NCBI RefSeq assembly: GCF_000008665.1 | Contig: NC_000917.1 | Span: 390,001 to 422,000 of the forward strand | Length of the DNA: 32,000 bases | Direction of reading: 5' to 3' | DNA from: Archaeoglobus fulgidus DSM 4304 | Lineage (GTDB): Archaea > Halobacteriota > Archaeoglobi > Archaeoglobales > Archaeoglobaceae | Shown here: positions 1-8,368 of the stretch, piece after piece | Numbering within the stretch: position 1 is the stretch's first letter | Layout: each line of letters starts with the position of its first letter | Made by a program: the position numbers and the translations under genes | The notes under the pieces: generated by a model | Databases searched by the model: none | What the model was told of the DNA's origin: nothing | What the model saw: only the letters and a program-made list of their open reading frames with translations

Positions 1-92
1 ACCTTCCCGCCCTCCTTAACTTGAGCAGGCTGCTGAGCACAGCCGGCAATCAGAATCGCCAGAGCCAGAGCAAGGAGCGAAACCTTCCTCAT
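1..92 (-). CDS. 5' end of a secreted lipoprotein gene (partial, continues beyond the left window edge)
   Basis: Reverse complement from ATG at 92-90 reads MRKVSLLALALAILIAGCAQQPAQVKEGGK. This is a basic N-terminus, a hydrophobic core and a lipobox-like LIAGC. The ATG directly abuts the TGA (95-93) of the upstream minus-strand gene. Only 30 codons are visible, so the mature protein is unknown. Confidence 0.5.
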   Translation of the reverse strand, partial: MRKVSLLALALAILIAGCAQQPAQVKEGGK

Positions 93-1190
93 TCAGACCA
101 CCTCCCTCATCTCTCCATCGAACTTCACAATCCCCCTACCAACAACGGCGTAGTAGCTGCCCGCACACCTCAAGCAGAGACCATCCTTAACGCGTGTGGC
201 CATTGCAAGCTCTCCGCACTTCTCACACCTTTTGTTTTCAAAAATCGGTGCCCTCTCTATAGGCTGAACCTCTACAAACTCAACCTTGAACTCCTCTTCC
301 GGAATCTCAAGCATCTTCCAGCCAGTCTCCTCCCAGAACTCGGAGAGCCTCTTTGCATCCTCCTCACTGCCCTCTCTCCTCACTATAACCTTGTTAAAGA
401 GCTCAAGAGCCTCTTTGCTGAAGTACTTCCTCACGTTCTCAGCATTTACGTAAACTCTCACGCCCTTCCAGTCTTTTCTTCTGACTATAGTAAGAGCATT
501 CTTTCCAAGGTCGAGGTAAATCAGAGAGTTGTTTCCGAGCGTGCATCCGGTTGCAACCTGCACGCCGTCAGTAAGGCAGTTGTTGCACTCCACTATTGCG
601 AGAATATCCTCTCCAACACTCGCCATTGCATCTTCTTCAACTCCGAGCTTTTCCATTGCTATGACGGACATTCTAACTCCGAGCGCAACGAAGGGGCAGA
701 TGTGACCGTGAAACTCCTTTGCCCTCAAAAGCAGCCTTGTCAGCTTTGATTGAGGATTTGCCTCCTCAAACCATCCGATTTTCGCGTTTCCTACTGAATC
801 TATCGTAGAAGAGTACGGCTTTATATCCACAACTGGTGTGCCGTCGAGAGCATCGAGTCCTTTAACCTTCAGAACTCTCCCATCCCTTTCAAGCAGCTCA
901 ACAACTGCGAAACCAATCGGATTCGGGCGATGGGGAGAGCGGGTCGCAAAGACTCCATGTTCTCTGCTGTCGTGAGGAGGAACAACAAGCAAAGCGTCCC
1001 TGTTTGCTCTGTCAAGCCAGTAGAGGACAATAAGATGAGTGCAGGTTTCAATATCCTTCAAACCGTCCTCAAACTCCGGGAAAATCTCGATTTCTACTGT
1101 TTCCTTGGAGAACCTTCCCTGATGTGGAGCTTTGCTAAAGTTTTTGTAGGGAGACCTTATCACACCTACCTGCCTTAGCTGCACGAGCAT
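93..1190 (-). CDS. Fusion protein: TrmO/TsaA (YaeB, UPF0066) domain + FmdE/FwdE-like domain with C-terminal zinc ribbon
   Basis: ORF 93..1268. The N-terminal half (VIRSPYKN...HLIVLYWLD...FATRSPHRPNPIG...GTPVVDIKPY) matches the TrmO/YaeB signature. The C-terminal half (FHGHICPFVALGVRM...CNNCLTDGVQVATGCTLGNN) matches FmdE, followed by CEKCGE...CLRCAG. The ORF-track start at 1268 is a TTG. I prefer ATG at 1190 (MLVQLRQVGVIRSPY), which sits at the usual distance from the TrmO core. Confidence 0.8.
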   Translation of the reverse strand: MLVQLRQVGVIRSPYKNFSKAPHQGRFSKETVEIEIFPEFEDGLKDIETCTHLIVLYWLDRANRDALLVVPPHDSREHGVFATRSPHRPNPIGFAVVELLERDGRVLKVKGLDALDGTPVVDIKPYSSTIDSVGNAKIGWFEEANPQSKLTRLLLRAKEFHGHICPFVALGVRMSVIAMEKLGVEEDAMASVGEDILAIVECNNCLTDGVQVATGCTLGNNSLIYLDLGKNALTIVRRKDWKGVRVYVNAENVRKYFSKEALELFNKVIVRREGSEEDAKRLSEFWEETGWKMLEIPEEEFKVEFVEVQPIERAPIFENKRCEKCGELAMATRVKDGLCLRCAGSYYAVVGRGIVKFDGEMREVV

Positions 1191-1293
1191 CACCTTTTTG
1201 TGTGGTGTTACTAACAACTGTGCTAATGGCAGACTGAAGATTAAAATTTTGGTTTTTGGTGTTACCAAAGGTTACAAAGAACAGTAAATTTAT

Positions 1294-1315
1294 GAGAAGA
1301 AAAATTGAAAGAAAA
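1294..1315 (-). terminator. Oligo-T stretch after the hbd stop (candidate archaeal terminator)
   Basis: Immediately 3' of the TGA (1318-1316), the minus strand reads TTTTCTTTCAATTTTTCTTCTC. Archaeal RNA polymerase terminates at oligo-T runs. No experimental support. Confidence 0.35.
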
Positions 1316-2230
1316 TCACTTACGAACCCCCAACCTCCTCAGCACCTCAGTAGCCCTCTCCTGCCCGAAGTACTCGTAAACACCTCCCTTGCTGCCCGGC
1401 TTTAACGATGGGTCGCCCAGATAGCCAGCATCCACAAGCTGGACGAGTAGCTTTGGAGGTGCCCACTTGGGGTCTTTCGTTGCCTCGAACATCGCCTCGT
1501 AGATTCTGAGCCTCGTGTCGAGGCCGACCAAATCTCCCGTCTCAATGGGGCCCATAGAGTAGCCGTAGCCGAGCATCATGCCGATGTCGATGTCCTGCGG
1601 TGTCGCAACACCTTCCTGAACCATCAGCAAGGCCTCCTTGCCAAGAACAAGGCCAAGGCGGGAGGTAGCAAAGCCGGGGGAGTCATTGACGACGATGGGC
1701 ACTTTTCCCAGCTTGAGGAACCAGTCTCTGATGCCGTTAACAAGCTTCTCGTCGCTCAGCAAGCCCTTTACAAGCTCAACAAGCTTCTGAATCTGCGCTG
1801 GGTTGAAGAAGTGAATGCCCAGAAACCTCTCTGGGTTGCTGACGGCGGAGGAGAGCTTGGTTATGCTTATTGAGGAGGTGTTTGAGCCTATGACCGCATC
1901 CGTAACAGCATCAATCTCCCTCAGAACCTTCAGCTTCAGGTTAACGTCCTCGAAAACGGCCTCTATTACCAGATCACAGTCCTTTAAAGCGCTGTGAGAT
2001 GTGCTGGTGGATATTCTGCTCAGCACAGCGTTCATCTCCTCCTCCGTGATTTTTCCTTTTTCCACAAGCCTCTGCAGTCCAAATCTGCCGGCTTTTATCG
2101 CCTCCATTCCCTTCCTCAGCCTTTCCTCGCTAACGTCAATCGCAACAACCTCCAAACCCTGCTGGGCAAAAAATTGGGTTATCTGGGTGCCCATCAGGCC
2201 GAATCCGACAACTCCAATCTTCTCGAACAT
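1316..2230 (-). CDS. hbd: 3-hydroxyacyl-CoA dehydrogenase (NAD-dependent)
   Basis: 304 aa. N-terminal Rossmann motif IGVVGFGLMGTQI, central NTSS and HFFNP motifs, and a C-terminal dimerisation region typical of the 3HCDH family. Last gene of the beta-oxidation operon. Confidence 0.9.
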   Translation of the reverse strand: MFEKIGVVGFGLMGTQITQFFAQQGLEVVAIDVSEERLRKGMEAIKAGRFGLQRLVEKGKITEEEMNAVLSRISTSTSHSALKDCDLVIEAVFEDVNLKLKVLREIDAVTDAVIGSNTSSISITKLSSAVSNPERFLGIHFFNPAQIQKLVELVKGLLSDEKLVNGIRDWFLKLGKVPIVVNDSPGFATSRLGLVLGKEALLMVQEGVATPQDIDIGMMLGYGYSMGPIETGDLVGLDTRLRIYEAMFEATKDPKWAPPKLLVQLVDAGYLGDPSLKPGSKGGVYEYFGQERATEVLRRLGVRK

Positions 2231-2234
2231 GCCA

Positions 2235-3005
2235 TCACCTTCCCCTAAACTCAGGCTTCCTCTTCTCCAGAAACGCCCTCATCCCCTCCTTAGCATCCTC
2301 GCTGGAGAAGAGCAGGGCGAAGAGGCTTGCCTCATACCTCAGCCCCTCCTTCAGGGGCATGTTGATTGATGCGTTCAAAGCTTTCTTCGCCACCTTTACA
2401 GCGAGAGGCGATTTCTCGATTATTTTAGCGGCAACCTCCTTTGCCCTCTCCATCAGCCTTTCGTGCTCCACAACCTCCTCAACCAGCCCTATTCTTAAAG
2501 CAGTCTGAGCATCGATTATCTCCCCCGTAAGAACAAGCTTTTTCGCCATCCCCAGCCCCACGAGCCTCGGCAGCCTCTGCGTCCCTCCCGCTCCGGGAAT
2601 TATGGCGAGGTTTATCTCTGGCTGCCCGAACTTTGCCTTTTCACTGGCAATTCTTATGTCGCACGCCATCGCCAGCTCACAACCCCCACCGAGGGTGTAT
2701 CCGTTAACTGCGGCAATCACCGGAATCTCAAGCTCCTCAATTCTCGAAAAGAGATCCGTTCCGAGCTTTGTTGCCTCAAAAGCCTTAATTGCATCCCTCT
2801 GAAGAAGCTCGTTGATGTCAGCGCCGGCAGCAAAGGCCTTGCCGCTGCCGGTAATGATTAAAACTCTTGCCACTTCCTCGATGCCCTCAATAACCTCAGC
2901 CAGCTCCATCCTCGTTTTGGTGTCAAGAGCGTTTAGCTTCTCTGGTCTGTTGAGGGTTGCAACAGCAATTTCACCATCAAGCTCAAGCTTGACTCTCTCT
3001 CCCAT
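2235..3005 (-). CDS. Enoyl-CoA hydratase (crotonase family)
   Basis: 256 aa. Contains LNRPEKLNAL, FAAGADI, and GYTLGGGCELAMACDIRIAS followed by FGQPEINLAIIPGAGGTQRL, the classical crotonase oxyanion-hole and catalytic-Glu regions. Confidence 0.9.
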   Translation of the reverse strand: MGERVKLELDGEIAVATLNRPEKLNALDTKTRMELAEVIEGIEEVARVLIITGSGKAFAAGADINELLQRDAIKAFEATKLGTDLFSRIEELEIPVIAAVNGYTLGGGCELAMACDIRIASEKAKFGQPEINLAIIPGAGGTQRLPRLVGLGMAKKLVLTGEIIDAQTALRIGLVEEVVEHERLMERAKEVAAKIIEKSPLAVKVAKKALNASINMPLKEGLRYEASLFALLFSSEDAKEGMRAFLEKRKPEFRGR

Positions 3006-3014
3006 TCTCCCACC

Positions 3015-4163
3015 TCAAAGCTTTCCTATCAACCTTCTCGCAATTATCTGCTTCTGAACCTCTTTCGTTCCCTCGTAAATCTCCATCAGCTTCGCATCCC
3101 TGTAGTAGCGCTCTGCCGGATACTCGCCGATGTACCCGTAGCCACCATGAAGCTGCACGCACCAGTCTGCGACGTAAACAGCTGTCTCCCCTGCAAACCA
3201 CTTGGCCATCGAGGAAAGCTCAGGCCTTGACTGCCCGATGCTGCACTGCCAAGCAGCCTGCCACGTCAGCAGCCTTGCAGCCTGAATGCGCGTCGCCATC
3301 TCGGCAATCTTGAATTGCGTGTGCTGAAATGCAGCAATCGGCTGCCCGAACTGCTTCCTCTGCTTAACGTAGTTCAAAGCAAGCTCAAAAGCCCCCTGAG
3401 CTATCCCCACAGCCTGAGCCGCCACCCTCGGTCTCGTGTGGTTGAAGAACTCCATGAGGTAGTAGAAGCCCTTTCCCGGCTCGCCCAGAATGTTCTCCTC
3501 CGGCACCTTTACATCTTTCAGCACAATCTCAGCTGTATCACTCGCCCTGAGGCCGAGCTTGTTCTTTATCTTCGTAGCCTTAAACCCCTTACTCTTGCTC
3601 TCCACAATGGCGAAGGTGAGGCCGTGGTGCCTCTTCTCCCCCTCGTAGGTTCTACCCAGAACCAAAACGAAATCGCAGACAGTGCCGTTGGTGATGAACA
3701 TCTTGGTGCCGTTTATGACCCACTCGTCCCCCTCCTTGACGATTTTGGTCTTAACGTTAGCCACATCACTTCCCGCCTCTGGCTCGGTTGTCGCCATTGC
3801 CGAAATCCCGTGCCTCTCAGTCACCCATCTAAGATACTTCTCCTTCTGCTCCTCACTGCCGAACAGGATGAGAAGCTCAGTGCCGAAGGTTGAGCTAAGG
3901 CAAGCATTCCCTATCCCCGGACTAACCCTGTAGAACTCCTCCGTAACCAGAGCTTCCTCAAAAAGACTTAACCCCATACCCCCATACTCCTCAGGAATCT
4001 TCACTGTCGAGAAGCCAAGGTCTCTCGCCTTCCTGACGATTTCCATTGGATACTTTTCCTCTCTATCGCACTCCTCTATAACTTCGGGGGTGAACTCCTT
4101 CTCAGCAAACTCTCTCGCAGCCCTCCTTATGTCCTCCTGCTCAGGAGTTAGCTTAAAATCCAT
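3015..4163 (-). CDS. Acyl-CoA dehydrogenase (FAD-dependent)
   Basis: 382 aa. Contains TEPEAGSD, WVINGTKMFITNG and QLHGGYGY...YRDAKLMEIYEGT (catalytic Glu region), the ACAD family signatures. Confidence 0.92.
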   Translation of the reverse strand: MDFKLTPEQEDIRRAAREFAEKEFTPEVIEECDREEKYPMEIVRKARDLGFSTVKIPEEYGGMGLSLFEEALVTEEFYRVSPGIGNACLSSTFGTELLILFGSEEQKEKYLRWVTERHGISAMATTEPEAGSDVANVKTKIVKEGDEWVINGTKMFITNGTVCDFVLVLGRTYEGEKRHHGLTFAIVESKSKGFKATKIKNKLGLRASDTAEIVLKDVKVPEENILGEPGKGFYYLMEFFNHTRPRVAAQAVGIAQGAFELALNYVKQRKQFGQPIAAFQHTQFKIAEMATRIQAARLLTWQAAWQCSIGQSRPELSSMAKWFAGETAVYVADWCVQLHGGYGYIGEYPAERYYRDAKLMEIYEGTKEVQKQIIARRLIGKL

Positions 4164-4559
4164 TCAAACCACCTCGAAGTAAACTTTCCAGACTCCAGTT
4201 TCGTCCTTGCCCGGCTTTAACCTCACAACGTCGCCAACCCTGACCTCTTTCGCCCATCCCATCACCCTCACTTCCCCAAATCTGGCGATGGCGATGGTGT
4301 AGGGCTCCCTGTGCCACTCAAAACCTGCGGGAATTGTGTGAACTGTGGTGAAAGCTTCAACAACCCCCTCTCCTGTAATCTCAACCCACTCAACCTCTCC
4401 ACCGCAAAGGCATTCGGCCCTTGGCGGGTGGTGTTCTTTCCCGCAGCTTTTGCAGACGGTCTTGAAAACCTTCCCCTCTTCAAGCCCCTTCCAGTACCTT
4501 TCTGTCTTTGCCACGGGAATGCGGTGCTTCATCACGAGCTCACGACTCTCGATAAACAT
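4164..4559 (-). CDS. DUF35 OB-fold / zinc-ribbon protein (thiolase partner)
   Basis: 131 aa. Rubredoxin-like CKSCGKEHHPPRAECLCGG followed by an OB-fold-like C-terminus. Its stop abuts the acd start (4164/4163) and it begins 4 nt after the thiolase stop. This is the arrangement known for the DUF35 proteins that scaffold archaeal thiolases. Confidence 0.8.
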   Translation of the reverse strand: MFIESRELVMKHRIPVAKTERYWKGLEEGKVFKTVCKSCGKEHHPPRAECLCGGEVEWVEITGEGVVEAFTTVHTIPAGFEWHREPYTIAIARFGEVRVMGWAKEVRVGDVVRLKPGKDETGVWKVYFEVV

Positions 4560-4563
4560 CCTC

Positions 4564-5727
4564 TCACCTCCCGAAAATCATGACAAAGGCAAAATGTCCC
4601 GTCCCGCCCACATTGTGCAGCAAAGCCCTGTTGTTCCTCAGTTCAACCTGCAACTCCCCAGCCTCTCCACGCAGCTGCTTTACGATTTCGTAAACCATCG
4701 CAACTCCTGTTGCTGCCAACGGATGACCTTTCGCCTTTAAACCGCCGAAGGTATTTACAGGAAGCTTTCCGCCCAGCTCTGTCTCCCCGCTCTCCACAAG
4801 CTTCCCTCCCTCGCCCTTCCTGCAGAAGCCGAGGTCTTCGTAGGCCATAATCTCGGCGATGGTAAAGCAGTCGTGCACAGTAGCAAAATCAAGCTGCTTT
4901 ACCGGCTCCTCTATGCCAGCCTTCCTGTAAGCCATCTCCCTCGCCAGAACCGTAGCTTTAAGGCCGACAAAGCTCTCCCTGTTGGTCATATTTGAGGTGT
5001 CTGATGCGTAGCCAACCGAGTCAATCCACACGACATCGTCAATGCCGAGCTCCCTTATCTTCTCCTCACTCGCCAGAATTGCTGCTGCCGAGCCATCGCT
5101 TATCGGGGAGCAGTCGTAGAGCTTCAGTGGATAGGTGATGTACCTCGAATTCAGCACGTCCTCAACGGCAATCTCCTTCTGGAAGTGCGCCTTCGGGTTT
5201 CTGGCAGCGTTTCTGTGAGCCTTAACCGCAACCTTTGCCATCTGCTCCTCAGTAGTTCCATACTTCGCCATGTGGGCGGTTGCGTGCATTGCGTAGTAAG
5301 CGGGAAAGGTCGTGCCGTACTGGTGGAACTCCCACAGATAATTCCCCGCCCTGCCGCCGATAGCGAGGGAGGTGGCAGTGTCAACCTCAGTCATCTTCTC
5401 CACGCCAATGGCTATGGCCACGTCAGCCATGCCTGAAGCGATTGATGTGTACGCTGTATAAACCGCAGCAGCTCCTGTTGCACAGGCAGCCTCCACCCTC
5501 AGAGGCCCCTTACCCGCAAAACCGCAATACTCGTTTACAGGAACAGCAGGCATCAGCTCGTATCCCCTCGTATTTACTGATCCAACAACGCTCAGCTCAA
5601 CCTCATCCTGAGTTATCCCTGCATCGTCAAGCGCCTCCTTAACAGCCTCATAGGCAAGCTCCTGAATTACAGCATCATCTCTTCTCCCAAACCTTGAACA
5701 TCCAACGCCGATAACTCCAACTCTCAT
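4564..5727 (-). CDS. Thiolase (SCP-x / archaeal acetyl-CoA C-acyltransferase type)
   Basis: The ORF track gives 4564..5874, but the first 49 codons are low-complexity and non-thiolase-like. ATG at 5727 gives MRVGVIGVGCSRFGRR, a typical N-terminus. The nucleophile Cys context is VEAACATGAAAV, with GHPLAATG and NVGGTG near the C-terminus. Confidence 0.88.
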   Translation of the reverse strand: MRVGVIGVGCSRFGRRDDAVIQELAYEAVKEALDDAGITQDEVELSVVGSVNTRGYELMPAVPVNEYCGFAGKGPLRVEAACATGAAAVYTAYTSIASGMADVAIAIGVEKMTEVDTATSLAIGGRAGNYLWEFHQYGTTFPAYYAMHATAHMAKYGTTEEQMAKVAVKAHRNAARNPKAHFQKEIAVEDVLNSRYITYPLKLYDCSPISDGSAAAILASEEKIRELGIDDVVWIDSVGYASDTSNMTNRESFVGLKATVLAREMAYRKAGIEEPVKQLDFATVHDCFTIAEIMAYEDLGFCRKGEGGKLVESGETELGGKLPVNTFGGLKAKGHPLAATGVAMVYEIVKQLRGEAGELQVELRNNRALLHNVGGTGHFAFVMIFGR

Positions 5728-5806
5728 TGAAAAAAGTAGTCGTGTAATATTTAATGTTTTCGTGAAATATGAATTTTGCCTTGCAGCTCTATGCGTAGAG
5801 TTGGAA

Positions 5807-6304
5807 CTATGTTTTGGTTCTGATGGTCGTTCTACGATGATCTTTGTGCGTTTTAGAGGATATGTAGGTTGCAAGGTGATTAATCTTTATTCCCTTCTTA
5901 ACGAACCACTCCATGAACTTCCTGCGCTCCTCGTTGAACTCCTCAATGTCTCTGTACCTTACTACGAAGCAGAGGTCGTAGGCGGAGCCAACGAGTTCAA
6001 GAACGTTCTCCACGTAGTCGAGCTTGTTGAAGTGCTCTATAATCTCGTCTATCCTCGTCTTCGACTCAATGTCGAGGTCGACGAAGGTTACAGTGAGCAT
6101 GCTAAGCCCGAGCTTCTGGTAATTTGCCTTCCAGTAACCCTCCTTAATTTTTATTAGATATCCGTTGTCTTCAAGGGCTCTGACTCTGTTCTGAACAGTC
6201 CTGAGCGTTATTCCGAGCATCTCGGCAATCTCGCTCTGAGTTTTACCCCTTAAAATGTTCTCGATAATGGCCATATCGATATCGTCAAGCTGGCCTTTTC
6301 GCAT
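5807..6304 (-). CDS. Lrp/AsnC-family transcriptional regulator
   Basis: From ATG 6304: MRKGQLDDIDMAIIENILRGKTQSEIAEMLGITLRTVQNRVRALEDNGYL (HTH), followed by an RAM/ACT-like alpha-beta C-terminal domain. The 22-codon extension to 6370 in the ORF track runs through an AT-rich promoter-like region. Confidence 0.85.
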   Translation of the reverse strand: MRKGQLDDIDMAIIENILRGKTQSEIAEMLGITLRTVQNRVRALEDNGYLIKIKEGYWKANYQKLGLSMLTVTFVDLDIESKTRIDEIIEHFNKLDYVENVLELVGSAYDLCFVVRYRDIEEFNEERRKFMEWFVKKGIKINHLATYISSKTHKDHRRTTIRTKT

Positions 6305-6320
6305 AGTATGAAAGTAAACT

Positions 6321-6368
6321 AAAAATATAAAAATTTTATGTTTGCCATTAAATGGCAATTTTAATTGC
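6321..6368 (-). promoter_or_regulatory. Candidate lrp promoter plus overlapping palindromic operator sites
   Basis: Seen directly: TTGCCATT-A-AATGGCAA at 6342-6358 (8-bp perfect arms). It overlaps GCAATT-TT-AATTGC at 6355-6368. Both lie just upstream (minus sense) of an A/T block at 6321-6340 that could be the TATA box, about 20-40 nt before ATG 6304. Lrp-family proteins bind AT-cored palindromes of this size, so autoregulation is an inference. Confidence 0.4.
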
Positions 6369-6386
6369 AATTAAAGTGTAAGTATC

Positions 6387-6737
6387 TCACCTTCGAATTT
6401 CCGCCCATTTGTCTTCATTTTCAGCAACTCTCACTCTGCGAACGTTAAGTCCCTTTTCCGCAAGTTCGCTGAATATTCTCAGGCAGATGTTCTCCGAGGT
6501 TGGAATTTCGATCTGCTCGTTGAGCAGTGTGTGGTCGAACTTAGCCACCACCTCGTTGACAATTCTCTTTAGGTCGAAGAAGTCCATGACCATCCCGTTC
6601 TCCTTTACTTTGCCCGATATCTCCACTTCAACCTTGAAGTTGTGGCCGTGAACTTTTCCACACTTTTTGTGGCCCGGGATGCTGTGTGCTGCGCTGAAGG
6701 ATGTGGATATGCCAATTATCATCTCCTCTTCCATCAT
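6387..6737 (-). CDS. queD: 6-carboxy-5,6,7,8-tetrahydropterin synthase (QueD / PTPS-III)
   Basis: 116 aa. Contains FSAAHSIPGHKKCGKVHGHNFKVEV (His/Cys zinc and catalytic motif of the PTPS/QueD family). ATGA overlap with the queE stop. Confidence 0.88.
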   Translation of the reverse strand: MMEEEMIIGISTSFSAAHSIPGHKKCGKVHGHNFKVEVEISGKVKENGMVMDFFDLKRIVNEVVAKFDHTLLNEQIEIPTSENICLRIFSELAEKGLNVRRVRVAENEDKWAEIRR

Positions 6738-7411
6738 CTCACCCCCAGATACTTGTGAACCTGCGGAATCACCCTCGTGTCGGCGAAGTCAATCATACGC
6801 TTCTGCAGCTTAAGAATTTTTTCCACCCTGCTGCCGAAGACAGGCTGAAGGACAAATCCGAAAACGTAATTTTTGATCTCGTACGCCGAGTTAAGAACTT
6901 CATCAGCATCAAATTTATCGGGAAGGACTATTTTGCAGAAAGTCTTTCTCCTTCTGGTGTTTCTCAATACTTTAAAGCATTTTACAGTTTTTTGGAATAC
7001 TTCATCGTAGTTTTTCAGCCCTGCTTCCCTTACCTTCAAATCTCCTGCAACGTAATCGCAGAATTTGAGCTTTTTAGCCTTTTCAGGCAGAGTCATATTC
7101 GATTCAAGGTAAAAGGGGTGCGTTTTGCTCAGAGATGCTATAAACTCAGCCTGCAGCATGGGCTCACCACCGGTAAAGCACACTGAGTGGACTTTGCTGG
7201 AGTCTATCCGCCCCTGAACGTACTCGGCAGAAACTGGATTCTTAAGGGTTCTGTTTGCAGTCAAATCCAAACAGTTTTCAGACGTTTTTGGTGTGTCGCA
7301 GTAGTAGCAGTTAAGATTGCATCCCGCAAATCTCACGAAAAGCTGCCTGACGCCAATGTAAAACCCCTCTCCCTGAATCGACTCGAAAATTTCAATCAGA
7401 TTTGCCCTCAT
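6734..7411 (-). CDS. queE: 7-carboxy-7-deazaguanine synthase (radical SAM, QueE)
   Basis: 225 aa. Contains IFESIQGEGFYIGVRQLFVRFAGCNLNCYYCDT, the QueE N-terminus with a CxxxCxxC radical-SAM cluster motif. Sits between queC and queD. Confidence 0.88.
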   Translation of the reverse strand: MRANLIEIFESIQGEGFYIGVRQLFVRFAGCNLNCYYCDTPKTSENCLDLTANRTLKNPVSAEYVQGRIDSSKVHSVCFTGGEPMLQAEFIASLSKTHPFYLESNMTLPEKAKKLKFCDYVAGDLKVREAGLKNYDEVFQKTVKCFKVLRNTRRRKTFCKIVLPDKFDADEVLNSAYEIKNYVFGFVLQPVFGSRVEKILKLQKRMIDFADTRVIPQVHKYLGVR

Positions 7412-8111
7412 TCCTCGCCCTCATCTCCTCGTAAATTTTCACCGCATTTTTCCATTCCTCATCGCTGAGGAGAGGGTCCTTCACTCCGTTGGCAAGGAAG
7501 GCTTCAGTGCGCTCAAGGCACGTCCCGCAGCTCAAGCAAGGCCTATCGCCCCCTTCATAGCAGCTCCAGGTAAGCTCGTAGGGAACTCCCAGCTTTAAAC
7601 CAAGCCTCACGATGTCCGCCTTGGTCATGTCCACGAAGGGCGCCCTAACCTCCACAGGCGTCCAGATGTTTGCAAGATAAACTGCAGTATCAAGAGCTTT
7701 AACGAACTCCTTCCTGCAGTCTGGGTAGATGCTGTAGTCGCTGAGGTGTGCTGCATAGTGCACTTCCTTCGCTCCGATTTTTACCGCATAGCCTGCTGCT
7801 ATTGACAGCAGAATCATGTTTCTGTTTGGAACGATTGTTCTCCGCTGAACTTCCTCGCTGTAAAATGCCTTTGGAACCTCCTCTTCCCCCGTCAAGGCCC
7901 CGTAAGAGATGAGGTCGTGAATTGTAGAGATGTCGACCTTGAGATGTCGAACTTTAGCAGCCTTTGCAACTTTTTCGGCGCTTTCGATTTCCTTGGAATG
8001 CTTTTGGCCGTAGAAGAACGTTAGAGCGTGAACCTCGTAACCTCCGTCGAGCAAGTAGTAAAGGAGTGTTGAGGAATCAATCCCACCACTCAGGAGCATT
8101 ACGGCTTTCAT
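7392..8111 (-). CDS. queC: 7-cyano-7-deazaguanine (preQ0) synthase QueC
   Basis: PP-loop LLSGGIDSS and a C-terminal zinc motif CYEGGDRPCLSCGTCLER. The ORF-track start at 8129 is a TTG. ATG at 8111 (MKAVMLLSGG) gives the usual QueC N-terminus. Confidence 0.9.
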   Translation of the reverse strand: MKAVMLLSGGIDSSTLLYYLLDGGYEVHALTFFYGQKHSKEIESAEKVAKAAKVRHLKVDISTIHDLISYGALTGEEEVPKAFYSEEVQRRTIVPNRNMILLSIAAGYAVKIGAKEVHYAAHLSDYSIYPDCRKEFVKALDTAVYLANIWTPVEVRAPFVDMTKADIVRLGLKLGVPYELTWSCYEGGDRPCLSCGTCLERTEAFLANGVKDPLLSDEEWKNAVKIYEEMRARNEGKSD

Positions 8112-8196
8112 GTAGAAGGTGGATTTCAAAGTTATATGAAGTCATCGCCCTTTAAACCACAATATTCATAAATCCTATGCAGAATTTTTCATCTGA

Positions 8197-8279
8197 GCGG
8201 GGGTTGCCGAGCGGACAAAGGCGCAGGATTGAGGGTCCTGTCCCGTAGGGGTTCGAGGGTTCGAATCCCTCCCCCCGCA
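8197..8279 (+). tRNA. tRNA-Leu (anticodon GAG)
   Basis: Hand-folded 83-nt cloverleaf. Acceptor GCGGGGG/CCCCCGC. Anticodon stem CAGGA/TCCTG with loop TTGAGGG (U33, GAG, G37). Long variable arm (class II). T-arm GAGGG-TTCGAAT-CCCTC. Discriminator A. CCA is not encoded and there is no intron. Confidence 0.93.
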
Positions 8280-8368
8280 TTTAGTTCTGTTCGTTGAGTT
8301 TGGGAGGTTCAAGAAGCATGTCCAAGTAAAAGATATCTCTGATGACGAAAAGAAGATTTACACGTCCA

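Noticed and set aside
21-749. Long plus-strand ORF (242 aa) antisense to the TrmO-FmdE gene, and many similar shadow ORFs (e.g. 3315..3893, 5762..6157, 6701..7186, 15084..15740, 21151..21663, 21735..22439, 24389..25172, 30562..30933)
   Set aside because: Their sequences are low-complexity, Ser/Leu/Pro-rich and motif-free. All lie opposite ORFs with strong family signatures, which is typical of antisense shadow ORFs.
5728-5874. 49-codon N-terminal extension of the thiolase ORF, and the analogous extensions of the lrp ORF (6305-6370), the response regulator ORF (16613-16633) and the small-protein ORF (17966-18028)
   Set aside because: The extensions lack family similarity. They run through promoter-like AT-rich DNA or overlap the upstream gene. 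Better-placed ATG or GTG codons give canonical N-termini.
8280-8368. CTGATGA (C-box-like) between the tRNA and the array, as a possible C/D box sRNA
   Set aside because: There is no matching D box, no terminal stem and no C'/D' pair. The only nearby CTGA is inside the CRISPR repeat itself.
8130-8368. Integrated mobile element at tRNA-Leu
   Set aside because: No integrase gene is present, no direct repeat of the tRNA 3' end is visible downstream, and the flanking genes are housekeeping genes.
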